Shown piece after piece: positions 56,043 to 64,000 of a stretch of DNA of 64,000 bases. The stretch lies in NCBI GenBank assembly GCA_902606175.1, contig CACLEZ010000003.1:45765-109764 (forward strand), in the 5' to 3' direction. The notes under the pieces were generated by a model. The model had not been told where the DNA came from. It saw only the letters and a program-made list of their open reading frames with translations, and did no database searches. This DNA is from an uncultured SAR86 cluster bacterium. Its GTDB lineage: Bacteria > Pseudomonadota > Gammaproteobacteria > Magnimaribacterales > Magnimaribacteraceae. A program made the position numbers and the translations under genes. Numbering within the stretch: the first letter of the stretch is position 1; each line of letters begins with the position of its first letter.

Positions 56043-56858
56043 ATGCTAAAACAAAGGTTACTTAGTGCTTTTATAATAATAGTTGGGATCAGCCTTCTTA
56101 TACTCTTATTAAATAACCAATACTTAACATATCTTGTTGCCTTAATCTCATCCATCTCTCTTTGGGAATTCTTGAAGGTTAGGTTTACAAATGCTGTTTC
56201 TCTCTTAGGAATATTCCTCTTCCTAATTTTGATGTTTGTTTCTTTTTCACCTTTCTTTAGTAATTTATTTATCACACTGAGTGTAATTACGTACTTTTTA
56301 TCCTCAATTCTTATCTTAAGTTTTCCTTTGAATAAGACTTTCCTAAAAAGATCTATGGTTTGGAGTTTATTTGGATTTATTATCCATCTTGGATTCTTTG
56401 CATCCTTAATTCAGATTATTTCTAACAATAATCTTCAATTAACATTTCTTGAAATAGAAAGTGGAAAATTTTTAATATTTTATATTGTTTTAATTGCCAT
56501 TCTCATGGACTCCATTGCATTTTTTGCTGGTAAAAGGCTTGGTAAAAGGCCTTTTATAACAAATGTTAGCCCAAATAAGACTCTTGAGGGTTTTATGGCT
56601 GCAATTATTGTTACACCTCTTCTTTTATCGACCATATCTTTCAATATTTTCAATTTACCGTTCTTTTTGGTCTTATGCATATTGGTAGTAGTTTCTTTAT
56701 ATTCTGTTTTAGGAGATGCTTTTGCTAGCATGATGAAGCGGGTAGTGGAAGTAAAGGATTATTCTAATTTGATTCCAGGACATGGCGGTCTTTTCGATCG
56801 CTTAGACAGCCATGTTGCAGCTTTTCCTTGTTTTGTTTTTTTATTGAATATAGTTTAA
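56043..56858 (+). CDS. cdsA: Phosphatidate cytidylyltransferase
   Basis: SPNKT.EG, KD....PGHGG.FDRLD. Confidence 0.97.
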   Translation: MLKQRLLSAFIIIVGISLLILLLNNQYLTYLVALISSISLWEFLKVRFTNAVSLLGIFLFLILMFVSFSPFFSNLFITLSVITYFLSSILILSFPLNKTFLKRSMVWSLFGFIIHLGFFASLIQIISNNNLQLTFLEIESGKFLIFYIVLIAILMDSIAFFAGKRLGKRPFITNVSPNKTLEGFMAAIIVTPLLLSTISFNIFNLPFFLVLCILVVVSLYSVLGDAFASMMKRVVEVKDYSNLIPGHGGLFDRLDSHVAAFPCFVFLLNIV

Positions 56859-56860
56859 AA

Positions 56861-58018
56861 ATGAAAAGCTTAGCTATTTTAGGTTCTACTGGCTCTGTTG
56901 GAAAATCAACTTTAGATGTCATAAGAGAAAATAAGGACGAATTTAAAATAGAATTACTCACAGCTAGAACTAATTTCCGCCTTATGGCAGAACAGTGTAA
57001 AGAATTTACTCCAAAATTCGTCTATCTAGAAAATAAAGAAGCCCAAAAATCCTTTCTGGATGAACTAGGAACAAATAATCTTCAAGTGACTTTACTATCT
57101 GATGAGAAGGAATTAAACCAAATTATTGCCTCACAAGATTTAGAAATAGTTGTTGCAGCTATGGTTGGAATAGTCGGATTAAAACCTGTATTTCAGGCAA
57201 TAAAGCATGGAAAGCATATTTTATTAGCAAACAAGGAGTCTTATGTTGTTGCCGGAGAGATTTTAAATAATTTATCTAAAAAAACCGGCGCTACAATTTT
57301 TCCAATAGACAGCGAGCATAGTGCAATTCATCAGTGCTTAATGGGAGTTAAAAATGAAGAATCAATATCACGGCTAATATTAACAGGATCGGGTGGTCCT
57401 TTTCTCAATAGAGACATTAACGACTTTAAGAATATAACCCCTAAAGAGGCAACCGCACATCCTATTTGGAATATGGGGGATAAGATCTCGGTTGATTCAT
57501 CAACTATGATGAATAAATGCTTGGAAATAATAGAAGCTAAATGGTTATTTGGATTTGACGATATAGATGTGCTTATCCATCCGGAAGGTATTATTCATTC
57601 CTTGGTAGAGTTTAAGGATAAATCTTTGATAGCCCAACTATCTATTCCGGATATGAAAATTCCAATAGCTTACGGTTTGGGTTTCCCTGAAAGAATTAAT
57701 TCTGGTGGTGATTCGCTTGATTTTGAAAAGATTAGCAATCTTTCTTTTGAAAAACCAGATTCAAAAAAATTTCCTTCTTTAGTTCTTGCAAAGGATTGTA
57801 TTAATTCTGGTGGAACAAGCTTTTCTACTTTAAATGCTGCAAATGAAGAGTGTGTAGCTTCCTTTTTAGAAGGTAGAATAGGCTACTTAGATATACATAA
57901 AATAATTTCAGAAGTTTTGGATAAATCAGATATAAAGATGGTCGAAGAAATAGGAGATATTTTCGAAGCTGATATGCAATCTAGAGAGATGACTAAAGAA
58001 CTTATAAATATAAATTAA
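56861..58018 (+). CDS. dxr: 1-deoxy-D-xylulose 5-phosphate reductoisomerase
   Basis: LGSTGS.G, LANKES, PIDSEHSA, NAANE; ATG 56861. Confidence 0.98.
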   Translation: MKSLAILGSTGSVGKSTLDVIRENKDEFKIELLTARTNFRLMAEQCKEFTPKFVYLENKEAQKSFLDELGTNNLQVTLLSDEKELNQIIASQDLEIVVAAMVGIVGLKPVFQAIKHGKHILLANKESYVVAGEILNNLSKKTGATIFPIDSEHSAIHQCLMGVKNEESISRLILTGSGGPFLNRDINDFKNITPKEATAHPIWNMGDKISVDSSTMMNKCLEIIEAKWLFGFDDIDVLIHPEGIIHSLVEFKDKSLIAQLSIPDMKIPIAYGLGFPERINSGGDSLDFEKISNLSFEKPDSKKFPSLVLAKDCINSGGTSFSTLNAANEECVASFLEGRIGYLDIHKIISEVLDKSDIKMVEEIGDIFEADMQSREMTKELININ

Positions 58019-59379
58019 TGGACTTATTATTCACCATATTTTCTTTTATTTTTCTTATAAGCATCATTGTGGGAATTCATGAGCTTGGCCATTTTTTAAC
58101 TGCAAGATTTTGCAATATTCATGTTCTGAAGTTTAAGATAGGCTTCGGCAAAGAATTATTTTCCTATAAAGATAAGAAAGATTGTACATATTCATTCGGG
58201 ATACTACCTTTAGGTGGCTATGTACAAATGTTGGGTGAAAATAATCCTGTTCAAGAGGGATCTGAAGGATCTTTTGTAAACAAAAAATCTTATCTTCAGG
58301 CTTCTCTAGGAGAGAGAGCTGCAGTAACTGTAGCAGGTCCAATTGCTAATTTTATCCTTGCTGCCTTTGTCTATTTTTATTTAGCACTAGTTGGCACGAC
58401 CCAACTTTCGTCTTTAATCGGTGAGATTATTCCTGATAGTCTCTCTGAAGAATACGGTATTTCAGTTAATGACAAGATAGTTCAGATAGATAACGAAACT
58501 GTCACGGTATTTAATGATATAAACTTTATACTTTCAAAGAGGGTCGGAGATACTGGAGTTATTAATATTAAATATATTAGAGAAGGCCAGGAAAGAACAG
58601 CTTTGTTACCAATAGACGATTGGTTATCAGACAATGATCAAATTGCTCCTAGTCAAGCCTTAGGACTTCAGCCGTTTCTTCCTGCGATAGTCGGTAAACT
58701 CCAAGAAGATGGCCCTGCACTTAAGTACGGCATGAAAGAAGGAGACTTGATACAAGCCATTAATGGTAAAGATATTTCAACTTGGCAACAGTTATCAAGA
58801 ATTCTTAGCCTTCTGCCTAATCAGCTTATTGAGATTCAAGTACTTAGAGGTCAAGAATCGAAAGTACTGATGCTTGAGAGTTCAAGTTTTACTGATGAGA
58901 CTGGAGTTCAAAAAGGCAGGATAGGTATACTTGCTTCTAATAACTTCAATGATTGGCCTACAGATTTTGTGGTTGAAAAAAAAGCAAACTTCTTTCCAGC
59001 CTTGTTAGTTGGTATTAAGGACACCTACAGATATACAATTTTAATTATTACTTCAATAGGTAAGATGTTAAGCGGATCAATATCAGCTGATAATCTTGGA
59101 GGTCCAATACAGATTTCAGTGCTTGCGGGATCTGCTGCCAAAGCAGGATATGTTACTTTTTTATCAATGGTGGCATTATTGAGTATCAATCTCGGATTGT
59201 TAAATCTTTTGCCAATACCTATATTAGATGGTGGGCAATTGCTAATGATTGCTATAGAAAAAGTTAAAGGGTCTCCCGTTTCTGAAGTTGCAATTGAATA
59301 TTCCATGCGAATAGGATTAGTTCTCGTTGTAAGTTTAATGATATTTGCCTTCGCAAATGATATTGCAAGGTTGATCTAG
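58018..59379 (+). CDS. rseP: RIP metalloprotease RseP
   Basis: HELGH, two PDZ domains, NLLPIP.LDGG. Confidence 0.97.
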   Translation: MDLLFTIFSFIFLISIIVGIHELGHFLTARFCNIHVLKFKIGFGKELFSYKDKKDCTYSFGILPLGGYVQMLGENNPVQEGSEGSFVNKKSYLQASLGERAAVTVAGPIANFILAAFVYFYLALVGTTQLSSLIGEIIPDSLSEEYGISVNDKIVQIDNETVTVFNDINFILSKRVGDTGVINIKYIREGQERTALLPIDDWLSDNDQIAPSQALGLQPFLPAIVGKLQEDGPALKYGMKEGDLIQAINGKDISTWQQLSRILSLLPNQLIEIQVLRGQESKVLMLESSSFTDETGVQKGRIGILASNNFNDWPTDFVVEKKANFFPALLVGIKDTYRYTILIITSIGKMLSGSISADNLGGPIQISVLAGSAAKAGYVTFLSMVALLSINLGLLNLLPIPILDGGQLLMIAIEKVKGSPVSEVAIEYSMRIGLVLVVSLMIFAFANDIARLI

Positions 59380-59381
59380 TC

Positions 59382-61790
59382 ATGAAGATAAACATTAAAG
59401 TATTTTTTATCCTACTTTTAGCAGGTTTTTTTCAAGTCCAAAATATCAGTTCTGAAGAAGAGTGGGTTGTCAGTGATATTAGAATCAGCGGTTTGCAGAG
59501 AGTTTCAGCAGGAAGTGTATTTAATGTTATGCCAATTGCTGTTGGCGATACTGTCAATGTTTATGACCTCCAAACTACTGCAAAGACGATATTTAAGACA
59601 GGCCAATTTGATGATATTCAACTCGGCCGAGAAGCGAATACTTTAATAATAAGTTTAGTAGAAAGACCTTCAATAGCATCCATAGATCTTGACGGAAATA
59701 AGGCTTTGAAAACTGAAGACCTGTTAAAAGGATTAGATGATGCAGGACTTTCAGAAGGGCAAGTTTTTAAACGATCGATAGTAAATAGTTTGGCTTTAGA
59801 AATTCAAAGGCAGTACGTTTCTCAAGGTCGTTATGGCGCGAAGGTTGAAGTTACAAGTGAAGATGAACCTAGAAACAGAGTGTCCTTGAACATTGAAATA
59901 GATGAGGGAGAAGTAGCTGAGATAAAAACTATAAATGTAATAGGTAATCTGTCCTTTTCTGATGAAGATATTTTAAAAGATTTTGAGCTAACCACTGGTG
60001 GATGGTTCTCTTTTTTTACAAATGATAATCGATATTCAAGAGAGAAATTAAAGGGCGATATTGAATCTCTCGAGTCATTTTACAAAAATAGAGGTTATGT
60101 CGAATTTAGTTTAGAAAGTTCTCAAGTGAGCGTTTCGCCCGATAAATCTGGCGTTTTTATTACACTTAATATTTCCGAAGGAACAACTTATGATGTTAAT
60201 GAAATCAAGATAGTTGGAGATCTTCCTATTGAAGAGGAAGTTCTCAAATCTCTTATATTGATCAGAAAAGGAGAGCGTTTTAATCAGTTTTTAGTTACAG
60301 AAACAGAAGAGATTTTTAAAAATATACTAGGTAATGAAGGATATAGTTTCGCTGAAGTACGAGGTGTCCCTGATGTAAATGAAGAATCAGGAAATGTAGA
60401 TTTAACATTTTATGTAGATTCTCAACAAAGAACATACGTTAGACGCATTATCTTCAAAGGCAATAAGAGGACACATGATGTAGTGCTAAGAAGAGAAATG
60501 AGACAAATGGAGGGTGCCTGGGCATCCAATAATCTTATAGAAAATTCTAAGTTAAGACTCGAGAGGTTAGGATTCTTCAAAGAAGTTGAATCAGAGACCA
60601 TACCTGTTCCTGGAGTAAATGATCAGATTGATGTTGAGTTCTCAGTTGAAGAGGAATTTTCAGGATCAATAGGAGGTAGTTTAGGATATGGAGCATATGG
60701 CTTGGTTCTAGGTCTCAATTACAATGAAAATAATGCTTTTGGAACAGGGCGAGCAATTGGCATAGGTATTAATGATAGTACCTGGCAACGTAGCTACTCA
60801 TTCAGCTATGGAGAGCCATATTTCAATATAGATGGGGTAAGCAGGGGTTATAGTGCTTATTTTAGAGAGTCTGACTATGGTCAATTTAATATTGCAAGTT
60901 ATACATCTGATTCTTTTGGGGCAGGCATACAATTTGGTCTGCCAATAAGTGATATTGAGAGAATAGGACTCAACTTGAATTATGATAATACAAGCATAGA
61001 TACTGGCTCTACTCCTGCATCGCAGATTCTAGCCTTTACCCAATCTGAAGGTACTAAATTTGAAGTATTTAAGACCCAATTCATCTGGTCTAGAGTTACA
61101 TTAAATAGGGGTTTATTTCCTACCGCAGGACAATCTCAATCTTTCGCCCTCCAAGTTGCTGTTCCAGGCAGTTCCTTGACATACTCTAAACTTACCTACA
61201 GACATAAATATTTTCGACCAATTTTTGATGGAAGATTTGTACTAGGATTTAGAGGTGAGCTAGGAGTATTAGAGGCTTATGGAGACACTGAAGTAGCTCC
61301 TTTCTTTGAGCATTATTATTCTGGTGGAATCAGTTCAGTTAGAGGCTTCAAGCAAAATACCCTTGGTCCCAGAGCTGTGCCCTCACAGTTTTATTTAGAT
61401 AATGAAGGTAATCCTATAATTGGCGAAGATGGCAATCCGGTTGCAAATCCTTATTCATATTACAGAGATGATAGGTCAATAGGAGGAGCTTACTTATTAG
61501 AAGGTGGCTTCGATTTTATATTTAAGTTACCTTTCATTGAAGATCAAAGATCAATGCGTAGCTCTTTCTTTGTGGATGTCGGAAATGTATTTTCAAAGGA
61601 CTGTGGATTCGATCAATCTAACGTAAATTGCAGTGAACTCGACTTAGGGGAGTTGAGGTATTCTTATGGAGTTGGCGTGACTTGGATAACTCAGTTAGGC
61701 CCAATGTCTCTTGCTATTGCCGCTCCTTCAAATGAAGGTCCTTTAGATGAAACAGAAAATTTTCAATTTGAAATCGGGACACAATTTTAA
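59382..61790 (+). CDS. bamA: Outer membrane protein assembly factor BamA
   Basis: POTRA repeats, VRGF motif, C-terminal Phe. Confidence 0.98.
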   Translation: MKINIKVFFILLLAGFFQVQNISSEEEWVVSDIRISGLQRVSAGSVFNVMPIAVGDTVNVYDLQTTAKTIFKTGQFDDIQLGREANTLIISLVERPSIASIDLDGNKALKTEDLLKGLDDAGLSEGQVFKRSIVNSLALEIQRQYVSQGRYGAKVEVTSEDEPRNRVSLNIEIDEGEVAEIKTINVIGNLSFSDEDILKDFELTTGGWFSFFTNDNRYSREKLKGDIESLESFYKNRGYVEFSLESSQVSVSPDKSGVFITLNISEGTTYDVNEIKIVGDLPIEEEVLKSLILIRKGERFNQFLVTETEEIFKNILGNEGYSFAEVRGVPDVNEESGNVDLTFYVDSQQRTYVRRIIFKGNKRTHDVVLRREMRQMEGAWASNNLIENSKLRLERLGFFKEVESETIPVPGVNDQIDVEFSVEEEFSGSIGGSLGYGAYGLVLGLNYNENNAFGTGRAIGIGINDSTWQRSYSFSYGEPYFNIDGVSRGYSAYFRESDYGQFNIASYTSDSFGAGIQFGLPISDIERIGLNLNYDNTSIDTGSTPASQILAFTQSEGTKFEVFKTQFIWSRVTLNRGLFPTAGQSQSFALQVAVPGSSLTYSKLTYRHKYFRPIFDGRFVLGFRGELGVLEAYGDTEVAPFFEHYYSGGISSVRGFKQNTLGPRAVPSQFYLDNEGNPIIGEDGNPVANPYSYYRDDRSIGGAYLLEGGFDFIFKLPFIEDQRSMRSSFFVDVGNVFSKDCGFDQSNVNCSELDLGELRYSYGVGVTWITQLGPMSLAIAAPSNEGPLDETENFQFEIGTQF

Positions 61791-61862
61791 ATTCTCTTAA
61801 TGCTACTAAATTAGCTTACAAAACTGTAGAATTCGACGACAGGTTACTTAATGGGAAAAACT

Positions 61863-62393
61863 ATGAAATTTTTTAAAACTTTATTTGTCGTTCTTACGGC
61901 GTCCTTTTTTACTTTTACTCTTCAGTCGGCTGATTTAAATATAGCCACTCTAGATCCTCAAGCGGCTTTATTTAGTACTAATGTTGCAAAAAAAGAGCTT
62001 GAAGAGTTAGAAAATTCAGACGAATGGAAAGAAGTTGTTGAAGAACTTCAAGCGAAAGCAACCGAGGCTAGAGAGATCCAAGAAAGAACTCAAAAAGATG
62101 GTCCAACAATGTCTGATGAAGAAAAACAAGAGGCAGCTCAGAAATTTCAGTCTCTCCAGCAGGACATAAATTTTTTAAGAGAAAAAACTAATCAATTCAG
62201 GAACCAAACTCTTCAATTGCTTTCACAAGAACAGGCAGAAAAATTTCAAGTAATAGTCACTGAATTAATTAGGGCAAAAGGAATAACACTCTTAATAAAT
62301 AGTGGAGCCCAACAGCAAATACTTCTTCATGCAGATCAAAGCTACGATATTACTCAAGAAGTAATTGATGCTATGAATGAAAAAGAAGATTAA
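61863..62393 (+). CDS. skp: Periplasmic chaperone Skp/OmpH (alternative start 61851)
   Basis: Signal peptide, coiled-coil body, DIT..V motif; bamA-lpxD synteny. Confidence 0.88.
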   Translation: MKFFKTLFVVLTASFFTFTLQSADLNIATLDPQAALFSTNVAKKELEELENSDEWKEVVEELQAKATEAREIQERTQKDGPTMSDEEKQEAAQKFQSLQQDINFLREKTNQFRNQTLQLLSQEQAEKFQVIVTELIRAKGITLLINSGAQQQILLHADQSYDITQEVIDAMNEKED

Positions 62394-62399
62394 TTTTTC

Positions 62400-63398
62400 G
62401 TGTCTTCCCTAAAAAGCTTTAAGTTATCCGAACTTGCTGAAATCCTTGGAGCAGAACTTGAAGGCGATCCCTCTCAAGAAATAATTGGAATAAATACACT
62501 TGAAGCATCTTTGGACCAAGAAATTTCCTTTATTGCTAGAGAGTCCTACTTAACGAAATTATCTACCACTAAGGCTGGTGCAGTTATTTGCAACATAGAT
62601 TACTCGGAATTATTCACTGGTAACAAATTGATATGTGAAAATCCTTATTTAACTTACGCTAGATGCACTGAACTCTTCAAAGAAAAACCTGCTATTAAGA
62701 CAGGAATATCTAGCCTAGCGGCCATAGAAGATTCGGCAATAATTTCTGATACCGTTTCAATAGGAAATTTTGTAACAGTATCAGAAAATGCCGTGATAGA
62801 AGACGAGGTTGTATTAATGCCTGGAGTTTTTATTGGCGAAGGCTGCAGAGTTGGGAAGGGTTCAATAATATACGCTAACGTATCAATATATGATTCAGTA
62901 AGAATTGGCGAAGAATGTATTCTACATTCGGGAGTAGTGATTGGCTCGGATGGCTTAGGCTTTGCCAAAGAGAACGGCTCATGGATAAAAATTGAACACT
63001 TAGGAGAAGTGATAATTGGAGATAACGTAGAAATTGGTTCAAATAGTACAATTGATAGAGGATCAATCGGCAATACTCTGATCGGAGATAATGTGAAAAT
63101 AGATAATCAAGTTCATGTGGCGCATAATGTAGTGATTGGTTCTGGTACTGCTATTGCAGGTAACAGTGCCATTGCAGGGAGTACAAAAATTGGAAAGAAT
63201 TGTACGCTCGCAGGGTGCTCTGCCATTGTTGATAACATCGAAATTTCAGATGAGGTGCACATTACAGCAATGTCATTGATTACAAAATCTATAAAAGAAA
63301 GCGGTTATTATTCGTCAGGCACACCATTTATGAAAAACTCTGACTGGAAAAAAAATGCAGTTGCCTTTAAAAGACTTCATGGATTAATCAAAAAGTAA
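62400..63398 (+). CDS. lpxD: UDP-3-O-acyl-glucosamine N-acyltransferase
   Basis: Hexapeptide repeats, IGSDG.GF, IDN.V.VAHN. Confidence 0.97.
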   Translation: MSSLKSFKLSELAEILGAELEGDPSQEIIGINTLEASLDQEISFIARESYLTKLSTTKAGAVICNIDYSELFTGNKLICENPYLTYARCTELFKEKPAIKTGISSLAAIEDSAIISDTVSIGNFVTVSENAVIEDEVVLMPGVFIGEGCRVGKGSIIYANVSIYDSVRIGEECILHSGVVIGSDGLGFAKENGSWIKIEHLGEVIIGDNVEIGSNSTIDRGSIGNTLIGDNVKIDNQVHVAHNVVIGSGTAIAGNSAIAGSTKIGKNCTLAGCSAIVDNIEISDEVHITAMSLITKSIKESGYYSSGTPFMKNSDWKKNAVAFKRLHGLIKK

Positions 63399-63402
63399 AA
63401 TT

Positions 63403-63849
63403 ATGGAAGTAGAAATCAATATAGAAGAGATTCAAGAGTTTTTGCCACACAGATATCCCATGCTTCTCGTGGATAGAGTTACGCATATGGTTCTTGGTGA
63501 ATCTATTACAGCTTATAAAAATATTACTACTAATGAGCCTTTTTTTATGGGGCATTTTCCTGGAAAACAGGTCATGCCCGGTGTTTTGATTGTAGAAGCC
63601 ATGGCTCAAGCTTCGGGCATCCTAGGTTTTAAAACAATGGATAAAAGGCCTGAAGATGGTTCAATATACTACTTTGTTGGAGCTGATGATCTGAGATTTA
63701 AAAGACCCGCAATTCCTGGCGATAAACTCATTTTGAATTCAAAGGTAATAACCAATAAGAAAGGGATTTGGAAGTTTGACTGTTCAGCAACCGTAGACAG
63801 TGAACTTGTAGCAAAGGCTATGATACTTTGCGCTGATAGGCCAAAATAA
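63403..63849 (+). CDS. fabZ: 3-hydroxyacyl-ACP dehydratase FabZ
   Basis: [15 protein letters not shown]...[12 protein letters not shown]. Confidence 0.98.
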   Translation: MEVEINIEEIQEFLPHRYPMLLVDRVTHMVLGESITAYKNITTNEPFFMGHFPGKQVMPGVLIVEAMAQASGILGFKTMDKRPEDGSIYYFVGADDLRFKRPAIPGDKLILNSKVITNKKGIWKFDCSATVDSELVAKAMILCADRPK

Positions 63850-63851
63850 TT

Positions 63852-64000
63852 ATGATTCACTCCTCTTCAATAGTTGACGATTCTGCCAAAATTGATGATT
63901 CAGTAGAAATTGGTCCTTTTTGTCTTATCGGTCCGGAAGTGGAAATAGAAGCAGGGACAAAAATAGAGTCTCATGTTATTTTGAAAGGACCTGCAAAGAT
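63852..64000 (+). CDS. lpxA: UDP-N-acetylglucosamine acyltransferase (5' part only, truncated by window)
   Basis: MIHSSSIVDDSAKIDDSVEIGPFCLIG hexapeptide start; follows fabZ. Confidence 0.92.
   Translation, partial: MIHSSSIVDDSAKIDDSVEIGPFCLIGPEVEIEAGTKIESHVILKGPAK

Overview
AT-rich, tightly packed gammaproteobacterial chromosome segment. The low GC, tiny intergenic spaces and gene content suggest a streamlined marine lineage such as SAR86 (inference). About 95% is core housekeeping: birA; tRNA-Tyr/Thr-tuf-tRNA-Trp-secE-nusG-rplKAJL-rpoBC; str, S10, spc and alpha ribosomal clusters; uvrA/ssb; fabAB; ispB; rplU-rpmA-obgE-proB; rpsT; tmRNA-smpB; bamE-fur-grpE-dnaK-dnaJ-dapB; rpsB-tsf-frr-uppS-cdsA-dxr-rseP-bamA-skp-lpxD-fabZ-lpxA (partial). 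The most unusual part is the first 1.36 kb. It is an integrase-less cassette of about 1.2 kb, bounded by an intact tRNA-Thr(UGU) and an exact 54-bp copy of that tRNA's 3' part at the window edge. It carries six helically phased TGGTTGAC(C/T) repeats beside the tRNA fragment and two unknown lipoprotein genes whose signal-peptide DNA is nearly identical. This looks like one unit of a tRNA-anchored, trans-mobilised gene-cassette system that may continue left of the window. A small accessory block (GT9, SMP-30, TonB-C-like protein, DFR-like reductase) lies between rpsT and tmRNA. pyrH, tRNA-Gly, a second tuf and several ribosomal-protein regulatory leaders are absent from their usual positions.
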